52,607 bases of DNA from Nitrospiria bacterium. Lineage in GTDB: Bacteria; Nitrospirota; RBG-16-64-22. This document shows positions 38,260 to 49,447 of this stretch, piece after piece. A program made the position numbers and the translations under genes. Within the stretch, counting starts at the first letter, position 1. Each line of letters starts with the position of its first letter. The stretch is from the NCBI GenBank assembly GCA_919903025.1, contig CAKKSE010000040.1:1-52607 (forward strand). Reading direction: 5' to 3'. A model generated the notes under the pieces. It worked only from the letters and a program-made list of their open reading frames with translations. It was not told the origin of the DNA and ran no database searches.

Positions 38260-39148
38260 GCCACACCCCCATCGAGTAGATGAAATTCCCGGTGATCGTC
38301 AGGTCCGGCTCCTCCCACGCCTGCGGAAACTGGCCGAACGGAATCGCATCTCGAAGGGCCGCCAGCGCCGCGTCGTCGAGGACGCGGTAGCCGGATGACC
38401 GGAGGAGCGTCACGGGACCGAGCCGGCCGTCGCGCCTGATCGTGAACCGGATGTAGAGGTTCCCCTGCCACCCCTCGTGACGCGCGAGCCTCGGATACTC
38501 CCACGCCGACTCCACCTTCTCCCGGACTCGCGCGAGGTACGTGAGGTACTTGAGCTCCTGCGTGTCCATCGTGATCGACCGGCTCGCCTCGCTTCGCTCT
38601 TCTGGAACGGCTCGGGTAAACTTCTCCAGCGACTGGGCCGACAAGAGGGGAAGAGGCCGCCGTGAGTCGCCGGGAGACGCCGGAGAAGATGCCGGCGGAG
38701 CGGAGGAACGCACGCCCGGCTCCTGCCCGCTGGGAACGGGCGGCGATGGACGGACCGCAACGGGGCCGCGCGCCCGATCGACGGACGGACGGGTTGAAGG
38801 TCCCAGCGGGGCGGGTCTGCCCAAGCCGGGCGCAGAGGGGACCGATCTCGCTTCCGGGGCCGGAATGCGCGGGAGTTCCCACGCTGGCATCTCCACGACC
38901 TCCGCCGTGATCGGTTCGAGGAGCGGCTTGGCCCCCTGTCCCCAAAGTCTGGACAAGACGGCAAGAAAGACGAAGAGGTGGAGCAGGACCGAGAGAGCAA
39001 TGAACCAGCGCAGGGAGAGACCGGACCGCCCCGAAGCGCTTGAAGCGATCGAGGCGGATTCGAGCAGGACCCGCGCCGAAGCGCCCGGAAAGGCGGGGAT
39101 CTCTCCGGCGAAAATGGAGGGCTGAACGTCCGACCGGCCGCGCGACAT
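38249..39148 (-). CDS. TonB-family energy transducer
   Basis: SVLLH TM, Pro-rich linker, TonB_C (W.YP.LA, F.I.RDG, SSG...LD.AA). Confidence 0.85.
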   Translation of the reverse strand: MSRGRSDVQPSIFAGEIPAFPGASARVLLESASIASSASGRSGLSLRWFIALSVLLHLFVFLAVLSRLWGQGAKPLLEPITAEVVEMPAWELPRIPAPEARSVPSAPGLGRPAPLGPSTRPSVDRARGPVAVRPSPPVPSGQEPGVRSSAPPASSPASPGDSRRPLPLLSAQSLEKFTRAVPEERSEASRSITMDTQELKYLTYLARVREKVESAWEYPRLARHEGWQGNLYIRFTIRRDGRLGPVTLLRSSGYRVLDDAALAALRDAIPFGQFPQAWEEPDLTITGNFIYSMGVWHVR

Positions 39149-39300
39149 CACCTCAATAATATACCACTTCGGCCCCAGCCGGTGAAAACCGGATTCTGGT
39201 TGTCACGAAAGCGGGGGTTGTGATTAAATCGGGTCGTAATCGCGAAAAGATCGCCCTCTTTCATCCGGCGCGAATGCGTCCCTCCGCAGGCACACGGACA

Positions 39301-40611
39301 ATGGCAACTCTCTTTCCAGGCGGCTCGCTCCTCTTCGAAACCCTGATCGACTCGCACGCGGTCATCGAGAATCTCCTCGGCGAAGTCAAGAAGACGAACC
39401 TCTCGGGGTTCTGCGAAGTAAGGTTCCCGCAGACGATCGGACTCGTCTTCTTCTACTCCGGCGAGCCCACCAGCGTCATCTTCAAGTCTCCGGGAAAGGT
39501 CTCTTCGGGCAAGGAAGGCCTTACGGACCTCGAGGAGTTCTGCCACCAGCACAAGGGGGGGAAACTGAGCGTCTACGAGCTCCCGAACGACGTGGCCTTC
39601 ATGCTCCGCGGACTCACGAACCGCAAGCAGATCACGGCGGAGGCCGACTGGTCCGGGAGGCTCCGGATGCTCATCGACGAACTGGCCGAGCAGAAGTACA
39701 CGGGGGCCCTCGACGTGATCACGAGCGCCGGCAAGGGATTGATCCTCCTGGTCGGCGGGAAGATCTCGACGACCAGCTTCGAGATCGAGAGCGGAATCGC
39801 TTTCTCGGGAAAAGACGGCCTGGAGAAGATCTACCAGGTCATGGACAAGCCGGGCGTCGCGTGCAAGATCTACAAGTCCGACTTCTCGGCGGAGACGTGG
39901 AAGGAACGCCAGATTCTGGGCATCCCGCGCGAAAGCCGGATATATCAGGTCATGGAAGAGCGGATCCGGGACATCACGCAAGGAGGCGACGCCGCTCCCG
40001 AAGCGCCCGCCCCGCCGGCGGAGCCGGTCTCGAAACAGGCCCCGGAACCCGCGCCCTCACTGCCAGCCCAGGCGCCTCCCCCGCCCCGCGAGGAAGAGAG
40101 ACTTCCGCCCGCCGCTCCCCCGCCCGCTCCCGAAGCCGTCCGGAAAGCGCAGCCGCCCACGCCCCCGCCGGAGGCGAAAGCGCCCCTCGCTCCAACGCCT
40201 CCCTCCGCAGGACCCGCCCGAAGGATCCTGGTCGAGTTCTCCCGTCAGGTGAATCATCTGTCCCTGACGGCGCTCCTCGCCGCCGACGGAACCGCTGTCG
40301 CCAGCGTCGTGAATCAGAACCGATTCCAGGGCCCGCAGACGACCAACCTCCTGTCCATGCTCGCCGACGCCGCCGTGAAAGCGGTGGACCTCATGACGGC
40401 CGGATCGCTGGAAGACGTCCTGGTCATCACGGACACCGACTACATCGCCATCAAGAGGATCGCCGACGGGCGGTACTTCCACACCCTTATCCTGAGACGC
40501 GAGGGGAACCTGACGCAGGCCCGCCTTCTGATGGGGAACTTCGAACCGAAGATCGCGGAGGCGCTCATCGCCGCGCAGGATGCGGCCGTCGCCTCCCGCT
40601 CAGCCGGATAG
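39301..40611 (+). CDS. Tandem DUF4388/DUF2226-like domains, Pro-rich linker and C-terminal Roadblock/LC7-like domain
   Basis: Two similar alpha/beta units (SGFCEV..GLVFFYSG..SGKEGL; TGALDV..GLILLVGG..SGKDGL); C-terminal LLAADG..LEDVLVITD..GNLTQARL. Confidence 0.7.
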   Translation: MATLFPGGSLLFETLIDSHAVIENLLGEVKKTNLSGFCEVRFPQTIGLVFFYSGEPTSVIFKSPGKVSSGKEGLTDLEEFCHQHKGGKLSVYELPNDVAFMLRGLTNRKQITAEADWSGRLRMLIDELAEQKYTGALDVITSAGKGLILLVGGKISTTSFEIESGIAFSGKDGLEKIYQVMDKPGVACKIYKSDFSAETWKERQILGIPRESRIYQVMEERIRDITQGGDAAPEAPAPPAEPVSKQAPEPAPSLPAQAPPPPREEERLPPAAPPPAPEAVRKAQPPTPPPEAKAPLAPTPPSAGPARRILVEFSRQVNHLSLTALLAADGTAVASVVNQNRFQGPQTTNLLSMLADAAVKAVDLMTAGSLEDVLVITDTDYIAIKRIADGRYFHTLILRREGNLTQARLLMGNFEPKIAEALIAAQDAAVASRSAG

Positions 40612-40634
40612 GCGTCAGTCACCCCATCCGGCCG

Positions 40635-41021
40635 CTAGCCTGCTTGCGGAGCGATCCCCTCAAGGAGGTCGGTGGCGAGCTTGACGAGGCTCGAGGTCTG
40701 GATCGGCTTGGTGAGGTAGGCGTTGGCTCCGACGGCGAGACCCCTCTTGCGGTCTTCGTCCGCGCCTTCGGTCGTGATGATGATGATCGGAAGATCGCGG
40801 TGATTCGGGTCCTTCCGGACGAGCGAGATCAACTTGATCCCGTCCATGACCGGCATGTTCACGTCGGTGATGAGGAGGTCGAACCGCCCGCCGGAGATCT
40901 TCTTGAGGGCGTCCACGCCGTCCGACGCCTCCGTCACCTGCGTCCCGGGGACGCGCTTGAGGGCGAAAGAGATGAGCTGCCGCATGGTCGGCGAGTCTTC
41001 CACCACGAGGACGTTCGACAT
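40635..41021 (-). CDS. cheY: CheY-like response regulator
   Basis: VEDS, TDVNMP, TT, KP. Confidence 0.9.
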   Translation of the reverse strand: MSNVLVVEDSPTMRQLISFALKRVPGTQVTEASDGVDALKKISGGRFDLLITDVNMPVMDGIKLISLVRKDPNHRDLPIIIITTEGADEDRKRGLAVGANAYLTKPIQTSSLVKLATDLLEGIAPQAG

Positions 41022-41060
41022 TCTCCCCCTCCGCTTTCCCCCCGCCGCCGGCGGGGCGGA

Positions 41061-41897
41061 TCACTCCCCCGGGCGTTCCCGCAGGAGATCGAGGAATCCC
41101 CGGATCGTTGAGAGCTTCCGAGCCGACTGCGAATAGAGCTTCGAGCTGAATATCGCCGTCGCCGCGTGGCCGGCCAGCATCGAGAAAAGCTCGTAGTCGA
41201 TCGGCGAAAACCCCGGCTTCTGCACCAGGAGCTTGTAGACCGCCAGGACACCGATGACGAGGTCGTTGATCTTGAGCGGGATGGCCGTGAGCGGCTTGTC
41301 GAAGTCGATCCCCTGGAAGACCGGGATAGATTCCTGGTAGAAGCTCTCGCCCGTCTCGCCGACCCGCCCCACGATTCCGCTCCCCACCAGGACGGGCGAC
41401 ACGTCCGCCATGTTCAGTCCCTCCGCCGCGGCGGGGGCCAGCTCGTCCGTCCGTTCGTTCCGAAGGTAGAGGACGAACTTCTCCGCGCCGACCAGGTTGA
41501 TCACGATCTCCTGGACAACTCTGAGGACCTCCTCGAAATCGAGCGTGGAGTGAAGCTGGTACGAGGCCACGTAGAGGTTCGCCAGGTTGTTGTTCTCCAG
41601 CTCCACCTCCAGATACTTGCTGGCGAAGACCTTGTTCTCCTCCTCCACCTCCTTGAACCGGGCCAACAGCCTGTCGCGCTCTTCCTCGAGGAGCGCGAGC
41701 CGCTCCCTGAGGTTCTTGAACGCCAGCTCGTCCGTCCGGCGGCTCGCGACTTCCGCTTCCTCGAGTTGGGCGACGCGGAACCGCAGGCGCTCGTTCTCCC
41801 TGAGAAGCTCCTGGGTGAATTCCTCTCCCTTTCGAAAGATCTGCAGGAACTCCTCCGCCTTCCGTTGAAGGATATTGACTTCGCGCGGCTCCACCAC
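41061..41897 (-). CDS. Coiled-coil + GAF domain protein of che cluster
   Basis: N-terminal coiled coil; LANLYVASYQLHSTLD; GAF (IPL..GVL..DYEL). Confidence 0.85.
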   Translation of the reverse strand: MVEPREVNILQRKAEEFLQIFRKGEEFTQELLRENERLRFRVAQLEEAEVASRRTDELAFKNLRERLALLEEERDRLLARFKEVEEENKVFASKYLEVELENNNLANLYVASYQLHSTLDFEEVLRVVQEIVINLVGAEKFVLYLRNERTDELAPAAAEGLNMADVSPVLVGSGIVGRVGETGESFYQESIPVFQGIDFDKPLTAIPLKINDLVIGVLAVYKLLVQKPGFSPIDYELFSMLAGHAATAIFSSKLYSQSARKLSTIRGFLDLLRERPGE

Positions 41898-41940
41898 GGC
41901 AAACTCCTTATGGGACCCTTATGGAACGATAAACAATGCA

Positions 41941-41969
41941 AATCTACCACACGGCCGCCGGCAAATCAA
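41941..41969 (-). promoter_or_regulatory. Internal promoter TTGATT-N17-TAGATT (extended TG) upstream of GAF-cheY
   Basis: Consensus-like hexamers in the cheB-GAF gap. Confidence 0.5.
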
Positions 41970-42009
41970 CGCACAGAGGTAGAACCCGATCCGCCATCCG
42001 CGCCTTCTA

Positions 42010-42096
42010 CCCCTCCCTGCCTCCCCTTACAAAGGGGAGGAGGATTTTTGCCGATTCACCGATTCACCGATTCACCGATTCACTGATTCCCCGATC
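42010..42096. repeat. REP-like hairpin (CCTCCCCTT-ACA-AAGGGGAGG) followed by (CCGATTCA)n octamer array
   Basis: The octamer array encodes the cheB C-terminus and stop. Confidence 0.8.
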
Positions 42097-43160
42097 AAAC
42101 CGATCTGTTCCACGATCTCGGGAAGATCGAGGACGTGCATCGCCGCGCCGACGCGCGCCGCCTCCCGCGGCATCCCGTAGATCACGGCCGTCGCCTCGGA
42201 CTCGGCGATCGTCACCCCGCCGGCCGCGCGGATCGCCGAAAGACCCGCCGCGCCGTCGTTTCCCATCCCGGTCAGCACCACCCCCGCGGAACGGGGACCG
42301 CAAGCCTCGGCCGCCGATCTCATCAGGTGATCGACCGACGGAACGTAGTGGGCATCCTTCCCTTGTTCGGTCAGCCGCGTCCGGAGGCCGCCCCGGATGC
42401 GCTCGATCCCGAGGTGTTTCCCGCCGGGAGCCACGTAGACCGTTCGCGGATTGATCTTCTCCCCCTCCACGGCCTCCCGCACGGAAACGCGGGAAAGAGA
42501 AGCGAGCCGGTCCGCGAACTGCCGCGTGAACCCGGCAGGCATGTGCTGGGCCACGATCAGGGCCGCCGGAAACGACGGCTTGAGGCGCGTTACGATCGCC
42601 TGGACGGCCGGCGGGCCTCCCGTCGACGCTCCGAGGGCAACGACCTCTAGATCGCGGGGGAACGAGACCGCTCCGGAAGCCTGGGAAGGCGGCGGCCCCG
42701 GCTCGAGCCGCCGGCTCACCTTAGCGGCGTCCAGACCGGCGACCGCGTAGATCTTCTCGAGAAGGTCGTCCGAGATCGCCGCGATCTCCTCCGAGGCCCG
42801 GGCCGTCGGCTTCCCGATGAAGTCGACCGCTCCCAGGTCGAACGCCTTGAGGATCGACGGATCGTCGTCGCGGGCAGAGACCACGATTACGGGCGTGGGA
42901 CGCGTTGCCATCAGCCAGCGGAGAAAGGCAAATCCGTCCATCACGGGCATCTCGATGTCGAGGGTGATGACGTCGGGCTTGTCCCGCAGGACGATCCGCA
43001 TCGCCTCTTCGCCGTTGGCGGCCGTCGCGATCACGTCAAGGTCCGGCGACCGCTCGATCATCCTCCGGAGCGCTCTCCGGCTGAACGCCGAATCATCGAC
43101 GACGAGGACGCGCTTGCGGGTCCGGACCCCGGGGACGGTCAAAGGCGGGGACGGATTCAC
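42072..43160 (-). CDS. cheB: Chemotaxis methylesterase CheB (REC + esterase)
   Basis: DIEMP; GASTGGP, QHMP, GMGNDGA. Confidence 0.97.
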   Translation of the reverse strand: MNPSPPLTVPGVRTRKRVLVVDDSAFSRRALRRMIERSPDLDVIATAANGEEAMRIVLRDKPDVITLDIEMPVMDGFAFLRWLMATRPTPVIVVSARDDDPSILKAFDLGAVDFIGKPTARASEEIAAISDDLLEKIYAVAGLDAAKVSRRLEPGPPPSQASGAVSFPRDLEVVALGASTGGPPAVQAIVTRLKPSFPAALIVAQHMPAGFTRQFADRLASLSRVSVREAVEGEKINPRTVYVAPGGKHLGIERIRGGLRTRLTEQGKDAHYVPSVDHLMRSAAEACGPRSAGVVLTGMGNDGAAGLSAIRAAGGVTIAESEATAVIYGMPREAARVGAAMHVLDLPEIVEQIGLIGESVNR

Positions 43161-44029
43161 GGTTCCCTCCGCGCCGCGCCCGCGGGGACCGGCTTCTGAT
43201 AGACCATGTCGTGGCGGAAGTGCCTCAGCGTAAACGCCGTGGAGAGATTGATCAGCGATTCCGAGTGCCCCAGGAGGAGGAACCCGCCGTCCGCCAGCTT
43301 TTCAAGGAACATTCCGATCACCGACTTCTTCGCCGTCTGGTCGAAGTAGATGATGACGTTCCGGCACAAGATGATGTCCATCGTCCCCACGAGCGCGGTC
43401 TTGCCGGGATCGAGGAGGTTGATGCTGGCGAAGCTCACCAAGCTCCGGACCCGGTCGGCGATCCGGGACCCGTCCCCCTCGGGCGTGAAATAACGGTCCT
43501 TGAGGGCCTCGGGCACGGCGCGGAAGGCGTTCCCCCGGTAGACGCCTTTCCGCGCGGAGGCCAGGACCCGCTGGCTGATGTCGCTGCCCAGGATGTCCAC
43601 CTTCCAGTCCGACCAGATCCCCTGCTCGAGCAGCAGCATCGCGATCGTGTACGGCTCTTCTCCGGTGGAGCATCCCGCGCTCCAGATCGAGAGGGTCCGC
43701 TTGGCCTTGTTGCGCTCCCGGACCTCCGGCAGGATCTCTTCGGTGAGCGCCTTGAGCTGATACTCCTCACGGAAGAAGTACGTCTCGTTCGTCGTGAGAA
43801 CGTCGACGACGGCGGCGAGCTCCTCCTCCCGCTGTTTGTCGTACTTGAGGAAGTGATAGTATTCCGTGAACCGCGAGAACCCGTGCTGTTTCAGCCGCCG
43901 GGCGAGCCGGTGTTCGAGGAGAAAGCGGGACGTCTGGTCGAAGTAGATGCCGCAGTACCCGTGGACGAAATCGCGGAGAAGGCGGAATTCCTCGTCGCTC
44001 ATCGGGGGGGAGGATTCCGGGACGATCAC
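43157..44029 (-). CDS. cheR: Chemotaxis methyltransferase CheR
   Basis: TNETYFFRE, WSAGCSTGEEPY, DIS, CRNVIIYF, GHSE; GTGA overlap. Confidence 0.97.
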   Translation of the reverse strand: MIVPESSPPMSDEEFRLLRDFVHGYCGIYFDQTSRFLLEHRLARRLKQHGFSRFTEYYHFLKYDKQREEELAAVVDVLTTNETYFFREEYQLKALTEEILPEVRERNKAKRTLSIWSAGCSTGEEPYTIAMLLLEQGIWSDWKVDILGSDISQRVLASARKGVYRGNAFRAVPEALKDRYFTPEGDGSRIADRVRSLVSFASINLLDPGKTALVGTMDIILCRNVIIYFDQTAKKSVIGMFLEKLADGGFLLLGHSESLINLSTAFTLRHFRHDMVYQKPVPAGAARREP

Positions 44030-46071
44030 GGCGCCGGCTCGCGCGTTCCTCCTGCCTCCGCGAGAACCCGCCGGGCCTCTTCGCGGACGAGGTCGTCCGG
44101 ATCGCCCTGGGCGATCGGCGCGAGGCGGCGGCGCACCTCCGCGCCCGGCAGACCGCTCCCCGCCACCAGCCCGACGGCTGTCCGGCGGACGGACCACGAA
44201 GGATCGGCCAGCGCGGCGTAGACGGCCTCGCCCACCTCCTCCCAAGGGAAGGGGGAAAGGGCTGATAAGGCGGCCTTTCGTACCTCGGGATCAGGCGTCG
44301 ACAGAAGAGGAATCGCAAGCGACGGAAGACGCGCGTCCGCCCTTTCCCCGAACGCCTCGATCGCGGCCATGATGACAGGCTCCTCGGTCCCGCCGCGCCG
44401 GAACAGGCCCGCCAGGGCGTCCAGCGCTTCCGGCGTTCCGACCCACCCCAGGCTCCGCGCCGCCGCGGCCCGGACCCAGATGTCCTCGTCGGTCAGGAGG
44501 TTCTGAAGACCCGCCTCTGCCGACCGCCGGTCTTCGTCCTTCTCGACGCCCCGGCCGATGGCCCGGGCCGCGAGAAGCCGGACCTCTCCATCCTCGTCCG
44601 TGAGGGCCCGGAGGAGGCTCGAAATCTTGTCCTGGAAATCGCCGCCGGAAAGCAGGGCGAGAGACTCCACGGCGGCCCGGCGGACGTCGCGTTTCTCGTC
44701 CTTGAGCGCGAACACGATTCGCGGTCCCGCGCCCGGGCCGCCGACCCGCCCGAGAATCTCAACGGCGTTCCGGCGGCGGATGGGTGAGGGCGAGGAAAGC
44801 TCGGGATCCAGAACGGAGACGTCCTCCGGAGAAAGCAGGGCCGACAGCGCCTCGACGGCCGCGTCCTGAACGTCCGGGAACGGGTCTCCCAACAGCGGCA
44901 TGATGCCCGGAACCGTCGAAACGTCCCCGATCCGGCCGAGAGCGCGGGCCGCCTGCTGGCGGACATGACCGTTCTCGTCATTGATTCTTTCCATGAGCGG
45001 CGGAACGGCTGACCGGTCCCCTCCGGCCCCCAGCGCGCGCGCGGCGGCCCGCCGCACTTGCTCGTTGTCGTCGGTCAGGGAGCGGAGGAGGGGAGGGACG
45101 GCGGCCGGACCGAACGCCGCCAGGGCGGAGACCAGGTCATCTTCGACCGATGCATCTGAAAGAAGGGAGACCAGGGAATCGACCGCCCGGGGCTCCCGCA
45201 GGACGATCAGCATTCGAAGAGCCGGCTGTCTCGCCTCCGAGTCCTCCCCGAGGACCCGGATGAGAGCTTCGCCCGCCCGGCCCCGGACTTCCGCGGAAAG
45301 GGAGTAGATTTCCTTTTCCAGATCGACCCGGTCCGCGAGACCGGAAAGCGCCTTCAAGGCGGCGTCCCGGATCGAAGCGTTCCCGTCCCACAGTCCCGCA
45401 ATCAGGGAGGGGACCGCGCGCGCGTCCCCCAGCCGGCCCAAGGCCCGGAAGGCCGACTCGCGCAGGACCCTCTCGCCCAGTGCGGCGATGAGGGGATCGA
45501 CCGCCCGGGCGTCCCCAAGATGCCCCAGCGCCTCGGCCGCCGGGTACGCGAGCCATAGGTTCCCCGAACCGAGGATCTCGATCAACGCGGGGACGACGGT
45601 TGTGTCCCCGAGCCTCCCCAGCGCCTCGATCGCGGAAGACCGGACGTTCTCGTCCGGGTCCTTGAGGAGGAGCGCAACCAACCCGTCCGCCGCCCGGCGG
45701 TCTCCGATCTCGCCGAGAATGTCGACGATGAACTTTCGGACGTCTCCCCCGGATCGGGGGAGACGGTCGAGAAGGAAAGGAACCGACGCGGAACCGATGC
45801 GAACGAGCCCCTCCACGGCCGAATTCCGCGCGCCGGCGTTCTCCTCCGACTCAAGGACGGCCGCGAGCCCCTCGATGACTTCCTTCTCCGGTCTCTGAGA
45901 CAGGACCTCGACGGCCGTCTTGCGCACGCGCCATTCGGGGTCGTGGAGCCCGCGGAGAAGGATCCCCATCCCCGATCGGTCCGAAATGCCGGCCGCCCTC
46001 AGCACCGCGTCGCGCCGGACGTCGGGATTTGCGTCGAGCAGATCGCGCTGGAGATCGTCGAGCATGGACAT
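44026..46071 (-). CDS. HEAT/PBS-lyase repeat protein of che cluster
   Basis: Many D....VR..AA.ALG repeats; between cheW and cheR. Confidence 0.92.
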   Translation of the reverse strand: MSMLDDLQRDLLDANPDVRRDAVLRAAGISDRSGMGILLRGLHDPEWRVRKTAVEVLSQRPEKEVIEGLAAVLESEENAGARNSAVEGLVRIGSASVPFLLDRLPRSGGDVRKFIVDILGEIGDRRAADGLVALLLKDPDENVRSSAIEALGRLGDTTVVPALIEILGSGNLWLAYPAAEALGHLGDARAVDPLIAALGERVLRESAFRALGRLGDARAVPSLIAGLWDGNASIRDAALKALSGLADRVDLEKEIYSLSAEVRGRAGEALIRVLGEDSEARQPALRMLIVLREPRAVDSLVSLLSDASVEDDLVSALAAFGPAAVPPLLRSLTDDNEQVRRAAARALGAGGDRSAVPPLMERINDENGHVRQQAARALGRIGDVSTVPGIMPLLGDPFPDVQDAAVEALSALLSPEDVSVLDPELSSPSPIRRRNAVEILGRVGGPGAGPRIVFALKDEKRDVRRAAVESLALLSGGDFQDKISSLLRALTDEDGEVRLLAARAIGRGVEKDEDRRSAEAGLQNLLTDEDIWVRAAAARSLGWVGTPEALDALAGLFRRGGTEEPVIMAAIEAFGERADARLPSLAIPLLSTPDPEVRKAALSALSPFPWEEVGEAVYAALADPSWSVRRTAVGLVAGSGLPGAEVRRRLAPIAQGDPDDLVREEARRVLAEAGGTREPAP

Positions 46072-46646
46072 CAGGCCGCGTCCCCCCCGGGCGGACCGCC
46101 GGTCCGGGGCGGGTTCCAGGACGCCCCCTTCAGGTCGGCCTCTTCCTCGGCCGAGAGAAGAAGATCGACGTCGAGAACGACGACCAGCCGCTCGCCCAAA
46201 CGGGCCACGCGGGCGAGGAACAAAGCATCTCTTCCCTTGATCGCCCGCGGAGCGGGGTCAATCCGTGAGATCGGAATGCGAAGCACCTCGCGGACGCCGT
46301 CCACGATGAATCCCACGATCTGCCCGCGCGTCCGGGCGATGATGATCCGGCGCTCTTCGGCCCGTGCCGGGTCGGGCTCCGCCCCCAGCCGCCGGGACAG
46401 ATCGACGACCGGAAGAACGCGCTCGCGGAGGTTGACGATCCCCTCGATCCAGCGGGGCGCGCGACGCACGGGCGTCACCTTGAGGGGGCGCGTGATCTCG
46501 AGGACCTTCAGAATGTCGATCGCGTACTCTTCGCCGCCGACGCGGAAGGCCACGCACGAGAAGACTTCCTCCCGGCTCTCCGCGAGGTCCGGCCGACGGA
46601 CCCCCGGGCCCCGCCGCCAGGCCCCCCCGGCGACCTGGGGCGTCAT
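46071..46646 (-). CDS. cheW: Chemotaxis coupling protein CheW
   Basis: [26 protein letters not shown]. Confidence 0.94.
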   Translation of the reverse strand: MTPQVAGGAWRRGPGVRRPDLAESREEVFSCVAFRVGGEEYAIDILKVLEITRPLKVTPVRRAPRWIEGIVNLRERVLPVVDLSRRLGAEPDPARAEERRIIIARTRGQIVGFIVDGVREVLRIPISRIDPAPRAIKGRDALFLARVARLGERLVVVLDVDLLLSAEEEADLKGASWNPPRTGGPPGGDAA

Positions 46647-49447
46647 GCGCCGCCGCCCGCGTACGTGATGCCGTACAGCTCCCGGACGCTCGTCCGGACC
46701 CCGTCGTAGTCGGCGTCCGCCCCGGCTGCGAAGCCCGTGTAGTCGGACGAGATGCTCTTGAGAATTCGCGCTTCCTCCGGACGCGACGCCGAGATAGCCG
46801 TCAACAGATCCCTGACGCGGTCCGCGAGCGGGGCGGGGGTCGCGGCGGCCGCTACGACGCAGAACTCGGGAATGTCGGGTGACACGGCCAGGATCGCGAG
46901 TCCCCTTTCCACGAACCGCCGGGCGGTGGCCTCCATCATCCCGCCGGCATCGGCCTCGCCGCCGAGGACCGCTTCCGCCACCCGGTCATGGTGGCCGAAG
47001 AAGGAATATTCATCCAGGTCGATCAGGCGGACGCCCGCCCGGGCGAGCATCAGCCGGGGCATCAGGTAGCTGGACGTCGAGCGCTCGTCGCCGAACGCAA
47101 CCCGCTTCCCGGCGATCTGCTCCAGGCGGGAGATCCTGCTGGCCGGCGGGACGACGATCGCCGCGTGATTGAAAGGCAGGCCGTTCCGGAGGGCTTTGGC
47201 GACGAGGCTCACGCCGAACTTGTGGCGGGCCTCGATGTAGGTGGTGGGCGTCAGGTAGGCGAAGTCGGCCTCTTCTTCCCAGATGTCCCTCAGGCACGCT
47301 TCGTAGTGGTCGGGAACCTTGAGGTCCACCGGCCGGCCCAATCCCCGGGAGAGGTACTCCGCCAGCGGCTTGAACTTTTCTCTCATGACGTCCGCCCTGT
47401 CGAGGGGAATCACACAGAACACGAGAGCCGTCCCGCCGGTCCGCCGCTCCGCGGTCCGGTAGGCGCGGACGGTCTCGCGGAACCGGCCGGCCTCCCCAAC
47501 CAGATCGCGGGCCGCCCCGGCCATGACCTTGGCAACGCCGGCGGTCTGGCGGGGGATGCGGGAGATCCGCTCGATGGAGTCCACGATCCGATGGCTTCCC
47601 TGCTCCTGCTCCTTCGTCGCTTCCACGATGACCAACACCTGGTCGGTCGTGGACTCCACGGCCTGGATGATCTGGCGGCTCCCCTGGGCCAGGTCGGACG
47701 TGGCCCGGCCGACCTGATGGGTCAGGTCGCGCATCCGTTCCGCCGTCCTCATGATCGACTCGCTCCCCGACCGCTGTTCCTGCGTCGCCCGGAGGATCTG
47801 GTCGATCATCTCGCGGACGTGCTCCATGGCCACGCCCACTTGCCGGACGCCACGCGCCTGCTCCGCGGTCGCCCGCTCGATCCCCCGCGCCCGCTCGACC
47901 GACTGCCGGGCCCGGTTCACGATCGTCTCCAAGGCCCGCCCGGCCGCGAGCGACAGCCGAACGCCGCCTTCGGTTTTCTTGACCCCTTCTTTCATCGCGC
48001 TCACGGCGTCCGAAGCCTCCCGGCGGACGGCTTCGACGACGTCCTCGATCTCCCGCGTGGAATTGGCCGTCCGCTCGGCCAGCTCCTTGATCTCGTCGGC
48101 CACGACGGCGAACCCCTTGCCGTACTCGCCCGCCTGGGCCGCGAGGATCGCCGCGTTCAGGGCGAGAAGCGACGTCTGGTCCGTCACTTCCGTGATCACC
48201 GTGAGGATCTTGCCGATCTCCTCCGACCGGGCGCCGAGCCGGTTGATCACATCGGCGCCCCGCGTCACCGTCTCCCGGATCGCGGTCATTCCCTCGCGCG
48301 CGGCCTCGACCGCCTGCATGCCGGTCTCCGACGCTTCCTTCATCACCCCTTCGGCCAAGTCGGCCGATTCCTGGGCGGCGGATTCGACCTCGCGGATCGT
48401 CGCGCCGATCTCGTTGACGGCCGCCGCGGTTTCGTGCACGGCCGAGGCCAGTTGATCGACCGACTTTCCGACCTGGCTGATCGACGCCGTCACCTCGACG
48501 ATCGCCGAAGATGTCTCCTCGACGGCCTGGGAGAGCGTGCCCGCGCTCTCCGCCGCGCTCTCGATCGAGGCGGCCATCTCGTGGATCGACGACGCGGTCT
48601 CCTCCGCCGAGGTCGACAGGTTGTCCGCGCTCGCCGCGACATTCTTGATGGAGGCCCCCATCTCGTTGATCGAGGAAGAGGTGCTCTCCATCGCCTCCCG
48701 CTGAACGCTCGTTCCTTCCTCCAACAGCTTGGTGTCCATGGCGACGCGGTCGCTCGTCACCTCGGTCTGGTAGAGCGCCCGTTTCACGTCTCCGAGAAGG
48801 GTCCGGACCGTCCCGATGAGCCCGTTGACGCCCCGCGCCAGCTCTCCGAACTCGCCCCGGTAGCGGGTCTCGTCCAGGCGAACCGTGAAGTCTCCGCCCT
48901 CGGCCACCCGCGTGATCGTCCCGACCGTCTCCGTGAGCGGCCGGACCACGAGGCGGGAGAGGATCATGATCAGGACAACGGAGATCGCGACGACGACGCC
49001 GGCGTCGATCGCCATGTTCTTCAGAACGACGGCCCCGAATCCCTCGCGCGCTTCGCGCGGAACGTAGAGGAGACGCACGGACCCGATCTCCATGCCCTCG
49101 TGCCGGATCGGAACCTCGGGGTTGATCCGGAAGGCGAGATTGTCTGGAGCCGGCTTCTCGACGACCGAGAACCCGTCGCCGGACGGGTCCAGGACCTCCA
49201 GGGTGTAAATGTCGCGGCCGCGCAGGAACGAGATGATGAGGGCGTCCACGTCCCGGATCTGTCCGCGGGACATGAGCGGCCCCACGAGATCGGCCACGAT
49301 CTCGGCCATCTCCCGTCCGCGCGCCTCGGCGGTCTCCAGACGCTCGCGCTTCTCCGACTGGACGCGCCAGAGGCCCACGAGCGACATGCTGACGACCATG
49401 ACGATCGCCACGGTCAGCGTCAGCCGCTGACGGAGCCCCCAGTTCAC
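46643..49447 (-). CDS. Methyl-accepting chemotaxis protein with C-terminal PhnD-like substrate-binding domain
   Basis: 2 TM + periplasmic domain + HAMP + long MA domain ([20 protein letters not shown]); then FCVIP..F.PLAEYL..STSS..GHHD..DADYD. Confidence 0.9.
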   Translation of the reverse strand: MNWGLRQRLTLTVAIVMVVSMSLVGLWRVQSEKRERLETAEARGREMAEIVADLVGPLMSRGQIRDVDALIISFLRGRDIYTLEVLDPSGDGFSVVEKPAPDNLAFRINPEVPIRHEGMEIGSVRLLYVPREAREGFGAVVLKNMAIDAGVVVAISVVLIMILSRLVVRPLTETVGTITRVAEGGDFTVRLDETRYRGEFGELARGVNGLIGTVRTLLGDVKRALYQTEVTSDRVAMDTKLLEEGTSVQREAMESTSSSINEMGASIKNVAASADNLSTSAEETASSIHEMAASIESAAESAGTLSQAVEETSSAIVEVTASISQVGKSVDQLASAVHETAAAVNEIGATIREVESAAQESADLAEGVMKEASETGMQAVEAAREGMTAIRETVTRGADVINRLGARSEEIGKILTVITEVTDQTSLLALNAAILAAQAGEYGKGFAVVADEIKELAERTANSTREIEDVVEAVRREASDAVSAMKEGVKKTEGGVRLSLAAGRALETIVNRARQSVERARGIERATAEQARGVRQVGVAMEHVREMIDQILRATQEQRSGSESIMRTAERMRDLTHQVGRATSDLAQGSRQIIQAVESTTDQVLVIVEATKEQEQGSHRIVDSIERISRIPRQTAGVAKVMAGAARDLVGEAGRFRETVRAYRTAERRTGGTALVFCVIPLDRADVMREKFKPLAEYLSRGLGRPVDLKVPDHYEACLRDIWEEEADFAYLTPTTYIEARHKFGVSLVAKALRNGLPFNHAAIVVPPASRISRLEQIAGKRVAFGDERSTSSYLMPRLMLARAGVRLIDLDEYSFFGHHDRVAEAVLGGEADAGGMMEATARRFVERGLAILAVSPDIPEFCVVAAAATPAPLADRVRDLLTAISASRPEEARILKSISSDYTGFAAGADADYDGVRTSVRELYGITYAGGGA

